This document shows positions 16,290-25,300 of a stretch of 32,000 bases of DNA, piece after piece. The stretch is taken from contig NC_017856.1 in NCBI RefSeq assembly GCF_000260965.1, forward strand, positions 540,001-572,000, read 5' to 3'. How positions within the stretch are numbered: position 1 is the stretch's first letter; every line of letters starts with the position of its first letter. The notes beneath the pieces were generated by a model. That model saw only the letters and a program-made list of their open reading frames with translations. It was not told the origin of the DNA and did no database searches. The stretch comes from Methylophaga frappieri (lineage in GTDB: Bacteria; Pseudomonadota; Gammaproteobacteria; Nitrosococcales; Methylophagaceae). A program made the translations under genes and the position numbers.

Positions 16290-16308
16290 AGCCCCTCTCG
16301 AAGGGGCT
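16290..16308 (+). terminator. Possible weak terminator hairpin after the 200-aa ORF
   Basis: AGCCCCT-ctcga-AGGGGCT lies 22 nt after the stop. The downstream T-tract is poor (CCTCAAAATTTGG). Confidence 0.3.
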
Positions 16309-16472
16309 CCTCAAAATTTGGTGTTGTGGGCTTTGAAACAATGGCTTCGTGTTTTATGCTCCTCATCACACTTATGGACAAAAGCTTCTTAGACTGGTCG
16401 CTCTATTTAGGCTAGTAAGCATTAGGAAAAGTAAGGGTAACGCCCGTATGAATCGACCGAGCTTTCCTAACC

Positions 16473-16495
16473 ACTTAATTGCTTAACAATTAAGT
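16473..16495. promoter_or_regulatory. Perfect 9-bp inverted repeat (ACTTAATTG-n5-CAATTAAGT), candidate operator upstream of the glycosyltransferase genes
   Basis: Read directly. It lies about 100 bp upstream of the GT2 start in an AT-rich 327-bp intergenic region. Confidence 0.35.
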
Positions 16496-16595
16496 ACAAA
16501 ACAGGCTTAAATACCCATTAATCCCAATGAGTTGCATCATATAGCCATCAAGTTGCTTATATTAATAAAGCCTATTAACCATCAATGACTCATTA

Positions 16596-17417
16596 ATGAA
16601 CAATATCATTGTATTAATTGCCACCACCCCTAGAGTGAACCTACTCACAGAGTTTGCTCTACCATCAATCCAGAGTCAGACACACCTACCAACTTCTGTC
16701 GTGCTTGTATCCGATAGCCGTGAGTTATACCAAAGTGAAATAGAACGTCTGCGTAAAAGGCTGCAAGGTATCCCCTTACATACATTAACCAATGCATTTT
16801 CACCAGGTGCTGCTGGTAGTTGGAATACTGGCATCAGCTATATCTCCAAGCATTTCCCTAGTAGCTACATTGCGATTATCGATGATGATGACACTTGGCA
16901 GCCTGAGCACCTACAAACTTGCTTGCGCCACAGCGATGCGAACAAAGCGGATGTCGTACTGTCCGGTATCAACGTCAACTTTGATCAAAGAACAGTGGCA
17001 ACTAACATACCCAACGAACTGACTGTTGATGACTTTCTAATTGGCAATCCGGGATGGCAAGGTTCAAACACCTTCATCAAGACCGAGTTGGCTTTCAAGG
17101 TAGGTGGGTTTACTGATGGCCTAGTGAGTAGCAACGACAAAGATTTTGCCATTCGGGTCTTAGAGTCCGGTTTAGCGACGATCCGTTATACCCATCTAGC
17201 GACAGTTAATTGGATGTGTAACCAGTCACCAGATGCACTTTCAGCACCGGGATCGAAGCAAAAGCTACAAGGATGTGCTCAATTTTTGCGATTACACGGA
17301 AACAAGATGTCTACTGGCACAATGGACCTTTATTTTCAGCGAGCTTTTGAGCTTTTTACTCTTACCAAGGAAGAGATCTTAAATGAACAAAAACGATTGG
17401 AGAGCATCAATGACTAG
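16596..17417 (+). CDS. Family 2 (GT-A fold) glycosyltransferase, 273 aa
   Basis: The N-terminus IIVLIATTPRVNLLTEFALPSIQSQTH...VVLVSDS fits GT2, as does the DxD-type motif AIIDDDDTW (16881..16892). Confidence 0.75.
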   Translation: MNNIIVLIATTPRVNLLTEFALPSIQSQTHLPTSVVLVSDSRELYQSEIERLRKRLQGIPLHTLTNAFSPGAAGSWNTGISYISKHFPSSYIAIIDDDDTWQPEHLQTCLRHSDANKADVVLSGINVNFDQRTVATNIPNELTVDDFLIGNPGWQGSNTFIKTELAFKVGGFTDGLVSSNDKDFAIRVLESGLATIRYTHLATVNWMCNQSPDALSAPGSKQKLQGCAQFLRLHGNKMSTGTMDLYFQRAFELFTLTKEEILNEQKRLESIND

Positions 17418-20400
17418 CTACAGTACCAGAGCTCCAAGCCAATATAGTGAGATTCTTTGCGACCGAAATGTAACGCTAGTTCACTCCTCTGCTGTTGAAT
17501 TTAAAAATGCCGAGGTGGTGATAGCAATTGCTCACAAAAACAAAGCACAAGCTTTATGTAATGCACTAAAAAGCTGCCTACAACAAAGTCTAGTGCAGCA
17601 GTGTATAGCACGCATCCTTGTACTAGATGATAGCTCTGATGCCGCTTGGTCTTCGGAAATAGAAGCGTTACTCCACCACCCAGCAGTAACGCTTTTAAAG
17701 GCAGAATGTGGCTATCCCGCAAGAGCTCGTAACCTTTTGCTCGATTGGGCAGACACGCAACCCAAACTACAATGGATTGCTCGACTCGATGCCGATGATG
17801 AATTATTCGCAACAAATAGCCTCGAAGGGCTCTGGCGTTCTGTTTGCGGTACACAGAAAAAAGCGGCAATCGGCAGCAATAAGTTACGAAAAGATGGACG
17901 AATTCTACCCAGCGACAATATTGCAAACGCCCAAGAGCTAACAGATCATTTCAATCTTGCTGGCTTTATCGAATATTTTGCCTCCGGTAAGCAACAACGA
18001 GAGCTCCCTTCATGTAATTTACTGTTGAGAACTCAGCTGGGCATTAGGTACCCCAATATCCGAAGTGCGGAAGATCACTGGTTAGTGACCAGACTTTTGA
18101 TGTTGCACCCCAATGACGTAGCGGTCTGTCCTTACCCTATCTATGCCATTTATTCGCTTGATGGTGACGATACCAAGCAAAACAAATCCAATCTGGCTTG
18201 GCGAGATCAGAGAAACCGATTGGCGTATGTCGCAAGAACTTGGAGCACACTACTTTCAACCAACCGATATATACTCGGAATTGGTATGGAAGGGGCTGTC
18301 TGGCTACAACACAACCAAGTTTATAAAGAGTTCTATCCCTGGGCGATCACCGACATCGAAGTGCAAGATCTGAGGTCTTTACTTGCTGATAAAGATGTTC
18401 CTATCCCAAAGTTAACATGGAGGAAGTGTGACGGGTTATGGCAATACAATACTGCCTACGAGAGCAGTACGCCGCCCGGATATAAAATCGATGAACAAGT
18501 GATTGTTAACTATCTAACAAAGCTATATCAAGCAGGTATAAGCACGCTTAACATCAAACGAGATAATCTTATCATCACTCCCAAGGGCGAGCTTCAGTAC
18601 ATTGATGTTGGCAAAGACATAAGGCCACTAACCTCGTCATACTTTCGTGACATGTGTGCACGTCTGTACTCGATTGGCATATTGGGCAACAGTGATGAGG
18701 AACTGGTCCGTAGAAAGAGTTGGCGCCGACAGGATGATGCATTAAAAGCCCTTCCGGGGTTTGAGCAATTCTACAACAAGCTAATAGTTCAACTTCATCC
18801 ACAATGTATCGAGCTTAGTAGTCCCCCTCTCCCTAAAGCATCTTTCAAAAGCAAAGCTGTGACCCTAATGATCAAGGCCTGTGGACAAGATGCCAAGGTA
18901 TTCACTGAGCAAGTAGCGCATATCGTTACGCAGCTTAGCTACCCAGTGACTTTTGCTAAAGTCATACTACTCATAGACCCGTATCAAGGGGAGTTTCTGC
19001 GCCAATATGCAAAGGCAAATCTAGCGTCAGTCATTGAGCAGGCTGAAACCCTAAAAGAGCAAGGGCTGATTGACACGATACTTATAGCCCCTTCAGAGCC
19101 AAGCATTATAATGGCGACATACGAAAAGTGGTTCGGTCATAAAGGATGTACAGAAACACATACTCCGAAAAATGCGCCTCTTTTCCCACAAGTTTGGGGA
19201 TTTGACCAAGTGGAAACCACTTACGTACTACAATGTGACTTGGATGTACTGGTTGGTCGCCGGAACTGGCAACATGATTATATCGCCGACATGATTTATG
19301 CCTGTGAGCCAAAAGATGTGTTGGCTGTTGGTTTCAATATCCCCAAAAGCAGTCCTTGCTTTAATCCTTACCATGGTTCCCCTGGTGAATTTGCACCAGA
19401 GGTTCGATTTGGCCTGCTAGATCTGCGCAGAATAAAGGATCAGCTACCGATAGATAATCCACCAGCAGGAAATAGACTCACCTTAACTTGGCACCGGGCA
19501 CTACAGGCCGCAATGAAACAGCGTGGTTTACGAGCGCTACGAGGTGGCGATCCTCAAAGTTACTATGTTCACCCTAGCAATGAGCACAAACATTTACTGG
19601 AGCTTTCGGTTGCACGAGATTTGATTGCACAGGGAGTCGAGCCAAGAGAGCAACACGAGCAGTTTGATTGGGTGCCAGGTACACACTGGAAATACCAACA
19701 GCGGCATGAACCGATTGTGTTTCTTCTAAAAGGCAAACTTACCGAGCACACCTTACTCAAGCGATGCCTAGATTCATTGCGAAGCCAAACTAATCAAAAC
19801 TTTGGCGTGATCCTTATTGATGATGCTAGTGGCGCAGTGCATAACTGGTGCTATCCAATGTTGTTGGATGAGCTCCAGAGCAAAACAACCTTGATAAGGC
19901 ACTGCGTAAACCAAGGCAGAATGCCCAACTTCCTGCTGGCCATCAATGAGATCTGCCAAGATCCCAACACCTTGGTAGCAGTGCTAGATCAAGACGACTG
20001 CTTAATGCAAACCTGTATTGTAGACGCTTTGCTTGCGGCCAAGCAGCAAGGCGCAGATCTCATTCAAATGCCGATGTTTCGCCCGAATAAGCCACTCAAC
20101 TTATATCGTCCTGATTACACTCACCCGAGGCTCGCTGGTGGCGCCAATGTATGGAGCCATCTCAGGGTATTTACCAAAGCGCTCTTTGAACAAGTTCCCG
20201 AAGATTACTTCAAGCGCGCAGACCACTCGGACTGGTTTAATATCGTCACCGACTACGTAACCATGTTACCCATGGCTGAACTGGCAAAGAAGTCTGTTTA
20301 CCTAGACTCCGGTTATGCATACTGGCACCTGCGCCAAAACTCTAGTCATGACAATAGACAGCAAGAAGACAAGTTGATAAGTGAACTACTTTCTAAGCCT

Positions 20401-20463
20401 TCTCTGTTAACGAAAGAAGATAGGTTTGCTGAACAGACGCCAGTATCTTCTGAAGGCGATTGA
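17383..20463 (+). CDS. 1026-aa multidomain protein: GT2, protein-kinase-like fold, GT-A-like domain, GT2
   Basis: Domain 1: VVIAIAHKN...ILVLDDSSD...RLDADDELF (DxD at 17788..17799), SAEDHW. Middle domain: catalytic-loop-like NIKRDNLII (18550..18576) and DFG-like YIDVGKD (18601..18618). Domain 3: LQCDLDVLV (19237..19245). Domain 4: IVFLLKGK...SLRSQTNQNFGVILIDDASG...VAVLDQDDCL (19987..19998). An alternative start is ATG 17410 (GGAGA SD), which overlaps the upstream stop. Confidence 0.7.
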   Translation: MNKNDWRASMTSYSTRAPSQYSEILCDRNVTLVHSSAVEFKNAEVVIAIAHKNKAQALCNALKSCLQQSLVQQCIARILVLDDSSDAAWSSEIEALLHHPAVTLLKAECGYPARARNLLLDWADTQPKLQWIARLDADDELFATNSLEGLWRSVCGTQKKAAIGSNKLRKDGRILPSDNIANAQELTDHFNLAGFIEYFASGKQQRELPSCNLLLRTQLGIRYPNIRSAEDHWLVTRLLMLHPNDVAVCPYPIYAIYSLDGDDTKQNKSNLAWRDQRNRLAYVARTWSTLLSTNRYILGIGMEGAVWLQHNQVYKEFYPWAITDIEVQDLRSLLADKDVPIPKLTWRKCDGLWQYNTAYESSTPPGYKIDEQVIVNYLTKLYQAGISTLNIKRDNLIITPKGELQYIDVGKDIRPLTSSYFRDMCARLYSIGILGNSDEELVRRKSWRRQDDALKALPGFEQFYNKLIVQLHPQCIELSSPPLPKASFKSKAVTLMIKACGQDAKVFTEQVAHIVTQLSYPVTFAKVILLIDPYQGEFLRQYAKANLASVIEQAETLKEQGLIDTILIAPSEPSIIMATYEKWFGHKGCTETHTPKNAPLFPQVWGFDQVETTYVLQCDLDVLVGRRNWQHDYIADMIYACEPKDVLAVGFNIPKSSPCFNPYHGSPGEFAPEVRFGLLDLRRIKDQLPIDNPPAGNRLTLTWHRALQAAMKQRGLRALRGGDPQSYYVHPSNEHKHLLELSVARDLIAQGVEPREQHEQFDWVPGTHWKYQQRHEPIVFLLKGKLTEHTLLKRCLDSLRSQTNQNFGVILIDDASGAVHNWCYPMLLDELQSKTTLIRHCVNQGRMPNFLLAINEICQDPNTLVAVLDQDDCLMQTCIVDALLAAKQQGADLIQMPMFRPNKPLNLYRPDYTHPRLAGGANVWSHLRVFTKALFEQVPEDYFKRADHSDWFNIVTDYVTMLPMAELAKKSVYLDSGYAYWHLRQNSSHDNRQQEDKLISELLSKPSLLTKEDRFAEQTPVSSEGD

Positions 20464-21160
20464 CGTAAAGTGACGCTTGGTTGTCATACATCCACCAATT
20501 TGGAGAAAACTGACTGTCCCTTGAGGCATAGAACAGTGGCTCAATTGCCTGTATATTCTCATAATTCGCTTGATCGAGCCACGTGTGATAACCAACCTTT
20601 GAAAGATCTTCCCACAAGTAGCTTGCTTCTTTACGAGATAAGCTTGGTAGTTGTTGCAAGAGATGAAAACAGTCTTGACTAGCCATTGCGCATGATTTGC
20701 TAGGGCGTTGAGACTGCAATAGCAATTCCGGCCAATCAACCTTATCTTTCCAAGATAGGGCTAAACGCCTCTCTCCCAACCAATTGTGATAGGCCGCTGG
20801 CAGTGCTTTCTTGTTAGAGTGGTCTGGTGTCCTTTCTAATGAAGGTAGCAAAGCCATACAGCTAACACGTACATCGACCTGGTATCCGAGCATCGTCTGA
20901 ATGGCTAGTAGCCCTAGCGAAGGCTTACATCCCAGCGCTTCTTCTAGTTTTCTACTGTTAGTGTCCAGTTTTTCAATGAACTGCTCAGGTACTTCGCCTT
21001 GGACAAGAAATCCTCTTTTAAGGCCTGCCTGTTTACTATTTGTAATTGTTACATCGGTACCAGGTTTGAACGATGCTGGTTGATTGAATCTGATGATTCT
21101 CTCGTTATCAACTATGATCAGTTTCCCCGGACCATTACCAACAATATGCCATATGCTCAA
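20393..21160 (-). CDS. Hypothetical protein (255 aa) with CstII/GT42-like (or DUF115/Maf-like) N-terminal nucleotide-sugar-binding motifs
   Basis: WHIVGNGPGK...IIRFNQP...PSLGLLAIQTMLGY parallels IIAGNGPSL...VFRCNQ...TSG..AVAIALGY of Campylobacter CstII as I remember it. The start is TTG, since an in-frame TAA lies immediately upstream. It sits 24 nt after the radical SAM gene stop. Confidence 0.4.
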   Translation of the reverse strand: MSIWHIVGNGPGKLIIVDNERIIRFNQPASFKPGTDVTITNSKQAGLKRGFLVQGEVPEQFIEKLDTNSRKLEEALGCKPSLGLLAIQTMLGYQVDVRVSCMALLPSLERTPDHSNKKALPAAYHNWLGERRLALSWKDKVDWPELLLQSQRPSKSCAMASQDCFHLLQQLPSLSRKEASYLWEDLSKVGYHTWLDQANYENIQAIEPLFYASRDSQFSPNWWMYDNQASLYVNRLQKILASVQQTYLLSLTEKA

Positions 21161-21184
21161 TTACTCACCCCTGCTCAAATAGCC

Positions 21185-22066
21185 TTATTGGTGCCTGTCA
21201 GACTTCCAATCTCGGTAAATCTTCTTCCAGGTCATTGAAGTCTGCTGTACCAATATTTTTGGACGGAGCTTCGGTGGCACATAGTGCCCGTCTCTGAACC
21301 GACCACACAATCCACAAGCACTCTTCATGAGATCACGCATTTCGTCATCACCTGATGGTAAACGCTGCCGTCCATTTTTTTGATTTAACACTCGATCAAT
21401 ACCACCACCAACAGCGCATGGATAATACCCTTGAGGTGTAAGACCCAATCCACAAGTGCGAGCAATATCGCAGCCGTTAGAATAGTCACTAAACTTGTGG
21501 TACCAACTATCAACAGGCGCCAGATTAAATGGGCCAAAATCGGGCTGAATGGAGTCTGTTTTTGCTGAGTTCTCGATAGACAACCAATCAGGAAGCTTAG
21601 AAATGACCGTATTCACACGGCGCCCATATCCATTTGTCACTAGTTGAATGCATAAGTCAGGCTGAGCTATTTTAAGGCGATGCAACTCTGATAGGATTTC
21701 ATTCAACTCAGGGTGTAGCGTTGGTTCTCCACCGAGAATACGAATTTTCCTCCAACTTCGATGCTGACATAGGCTATCCTCGACAAACTGAGATATTTCC
21801 TCTAATCCTATGTGTTTTTTATCCGGTGCTTGAGCGGATGAGCGATTGCAATTATTGCACTTCAAATTACATTGGTATGTGATATCTATTTCTAACAGAT
21901 CATCAGCCGCTTGATATTGGTACCCCATCAACCTAGTTACAGGCTTCTGCACGCGAAACCATCGCCACAGAGCCTTCAGTTGAAACCAAAACTTAGCGAA
22001 GCGAACCCATTTTTTGGGATAATCGTGTGAATAGATAAAGGGCTCCATGCTATTTCTTAACGCCAT
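21185..22066 (-). CDS. Radical SAM protein (293 aa) with Cys-rich C-terminal region (possible auxiliary Fe-S / SPASM-twitch-like)
   Basis: CX3CX2C motif in ITYQCNLKCNNCNR (21848..21871), plus ILGGEPTLHPEL. C-terminal cysteines occur at NGCDIARTCGLG...YYPCAVGG...KSACGLCGRF. The N-terminus has an aromatic/basic amphipathic stretch, WVRFAKFWFQLKALWRWFRV. Confidence 0.7.
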   Translation of the reverse strand: MALRNSMEPFIYSHDYPKKWVRFAKFWFQLKALWRWFRVQKPVTRLMGYQYQAADDLLEIDITYQCNLKCNNCNRSSAQAPDKKHIGLEEISQFVEDSLCQHRSWRKIRILGGEPTLHPELNEILSELHRLKIAQPDLCIQLVTNGYGRRVNTVISKLPDWLSIENSAKTDSIQPDFGPFNLAPVDSWYHKFSDYSNGCDIARTCGLGLTPQGYYPCAVGGGIDRVLNQKNGRQRLPSGDDEMRDLMKSACGLCGRFRDGHYVPPKLRPKILVQQTSMTWKKIYRDWKSDRHQ

Positions 22067-22387
22067 TAGTTGCTTTTCCTTGGCTCGTTACTAATTGAAG
22101 TTGGAATTCGATACTCGAACGCATAGTGTACCGATTTAGAAAAATAAGATCATAAAAGTAGTGTTATAGGGTGCTAGTGAAGCACTCCATGCCACCGATT
22201 AGATTGAGTAGGTCAAACTACAATGCTGTCATTTTTGAGGTAAAGCATCGCTGGCTCACAATGGGGCAAAAGCGCGTTAGCTGAAGTGCAATCACAAAGT
22301 GCCAAATTGGTTACCTTAAGGCAAATTATGCTCATTAAAGTAACCAAAATGAAACATTATTGGCTCAGCTATTTTAGAAGGATATGC

Positions 22388-25300
22388 TCAATTATTACCC
22401 GAAATTTCTTCCGTCGCCTCCTGACGCAGTTTCTGGGTATCCATTCCGTTTAGCCGGTCAATGGTTCTGTCTGCGGCACTTTGACGGTTTCCATCCACGT
22501 TTAGCGTACTTCCTGAGCCTGTGAGTCGTTCCAGATCCAGTGACGGTACTTCGGGTAGGTTGCCTGTTATCGATAAGATACCTATCCATTCATCCAGATT
22601 GACTTGGCTCCAATCCACCTGGTTTAACTGACTCGCGGTCAAACCTTCACAGTTTGGAGACTTCGCACTGCCCCAGCCAAGGCCCAATTGCGGACGTACT
22701 TGCTCCTGAATGATCCGTGAAAGCGGCGAAGTAAAGCAGCAATATGATTGCCGCTTCTCAACACAGGCTCCTAAGAACTTAGACTTGCAATAAGAGCCTA
22801 TATAGTGGCAACTCTTCAATACCCGCTTGGCGTTCATTTCAAACTCACTCTGCTCACATTTCCAGATAAGCTGAATGAGGATCATGGTGACTGAATAAAT
22901 CATGTAGGCCGTCATAACCGTACTCAGAACCGCGCCCGCAGCGCCCCCCAGCGCAAAGTTACCGCCCGAAACGACACCATCGGCTCCAACCGCGCCACCA
23001 ACGTTGCTAAACAGTGCCGATTGCGCCCCCGAACCAAAGGTCGTACCTACCCATTCAGCCGTTTTGTTGGTCAACACCTGCATGAAGCCAGTCGCAGCTT
23101 GCTCCGCTCCCGCGCCAGCAGCCGTTGATGGCCCAGCCCCCATGAGAGAGTCCCATGCAGACACAAAAGGCTCTTTGACCGCACTCCAAGTGCTCGTGAT
23201 TGGCTCCCTGAGCGTATTCCAGGAACCATAGATTGCCGAAGACGGATTCATGGCCATGACTGCCGTATCAAGCTTGTTGACCGCCACAATCATTGTGATG
23301 TAATCCGATAACGACACGCCACTTGGCTTTTCACAGCAATCCACTATGCCGCCAACGGCTTTTTTGCACTGGCCAGCATTACCTTTAAAGACCGTACACT
23401 CGACGTTGTCTTGGCCATCAGCGCCCGTGCATGACATATCATTGGTCATAAACTGCGCCGCATTAAGCATCGCAGCGGCCTCTGCAAAGTTAGCCTGCTT
23501 GATTGACTCTGGCTCTAAACAATCTGTGCCCATACAGCGAACTGGCCCCTCACAGTTGTATTGAGTTTCCATTCGTGCATTTTGCACTTCAACGCTTTGT
23601 CCGCAGTCATACACCAGACTTTGGATATAGCAGAAGCCTTCATGACCAGCCCCGCCTTCAGTGCATTCGGTTCTGACATACTGGCAGGCCGGGTTTTGCT
23701 CTAGCGCGGCACACGTATTGGTGGTCGTGTTTTGTCCGTTATTAACGATGGTTTGTGTATTACCATTGGCATCTACCCAGCTATCTGAGCTGCCCATGTT
23801 GAACTCTGGATGAGCAGTCGAAGCATTGTAGGTTGCTCTTGCCCTCCAGCATGAGAGTCCCAGTCCATCAGAGCTGCCGCGACTGGTTAAATGAGCAGGA
23901 GACGAAACAACCGCTGGATAAAGGCTCCCAAGATTGGCCAACTCGCCACTACCAACCGTTAACCCGTCGATTCGTTTTGTGCCCGTATCCAAACACTGCC
24001 ACTGCACCGCAGTAAACTGATCCGTTTGCATCAAGCATTGGTCTATGCTCGGATCACTTGATTGATGAACAATGTCTTGCTCTAAGAACTTGCCGGAGAA
24101 TGTCAAGGAAGCGCTCAGTTTCGCAGGAGCCAAACACTTCTGAACTTCTCGGCTGCAAGTATCGAAATCGACTTTGTTCCAGCCAGACTCACATCTGGAA
24201 CGAGTGACTTCCTGAGGTTCATGCCACGAAATAATAGACCCATTGACGACTTTACAGAATGAGCCAACCAAGGTTCCTTTTGGACAGGTCATTTCAGGGT
24301 ACTTAATGGACGGTTTCGTCTCAGTCACAGTTTCCTCATTGCCCGTCAGAGAGAGTGTCGTTTTCCAACCATTTACCTTGGATGGCGACTCGGTGATTTT
24401 TATCTCAGTATTTTGATTATCAAAAATCCTCAGCGTCGCGTATCCAGTTTGCATGGTACTGCTGTGCTGTGGAACAAAGCTGAGCGTTTCAGAGCTAAAG
24501 CAACCGCGCTCAATGAACCAGCTTTGTTGATGGGTTTCAGCGGATACACGTCGCTCTAACTGACACTCAGTAAGCGTGCTGATCTTCTCGCAAACTTGGT
24601 AATCCGGTACATGCTTGGTTTCAGTAAATGGCGTAATCGTCTGAGTAGGCTCACAGGCCTCAAAACTACTTGGTATAAGGTTGGATACCACACACTTTGG
24701 ATCGCTGGTTTGCAATCCACAGTCATAGGTATCGGTAAAACGAATGCATTCACCTTTATCATTGGTCTCGGCACATTCTGACGACATGAATCCACAGGAA
24801 GGATTCGCTTCAAGCACTTGGCAGGCCTGATTTTCAATCCCCTTATAGCTTTCATCATCCACACTCACTTGTACACGCCGACACAAAGGCGATATGCCAG
24901 CCACAGGGCTTGGGCCAAAATAGGATTCACAAACTGAAACACCATTGACCACCGTACATCCGTTGGTTGAAGACGTCTGATCCGTGCATTGAATGCTGTA
25001 GTCTGAAAACATCGTCGGGATATCCGCTGCTTGTTCAATACAGGATTGTGGCGACCAACTATCATTCATCACCACCTTGGTTGGATCAAAGCGCACCTTG
25101 ATGCGTGCATAACCCTCACCACTACCCGTAACCGATACGCGAATTTTGACTGGCACTTCTAAACCTGGCTCTACCGCTTTTAGCTTGGCGGTGAGGTCAG
25201 TATTAGGATTGCGTTCCCAACTGGTACTAAGCTCGCAGCGACCTGCCGTTTCTGGTGGAAAGTTATTGTTCGGCCCAGACCAGACTTTCTGATCGCCAAG

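Noticed and set aside
21185-22066. Radical SAM protein as a prokaryotic viperin (CNxKCxxC resembles viperin CNYKCGFC)
   Set aside because: The CX3CX2C context is generic for radical SAM enzymes. The Cys-rich C-terminus and the N-terminal amphipathic segment do not fit my recollection of viperins, and no nucleotide kinase partner is adjacent.
22213-22335. 40-aa Cys-containing ORF (MSIICLKVTNLALCDCTSANALLPHCEPAMLYLKNDSIVV) on the minus strand upstream of the radical SAM gene, considered as a RiPP precursor
   Set aside because: There is no Shine-Dalgarno or recognisable leader or core motif. It sits in an AT-rich promoter-type region where short ORFs arise by chance. It cannot be supported without conservation data. 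It is worth a second look only if the radical SAM protein proves to be SPASM/peptide-modifying.
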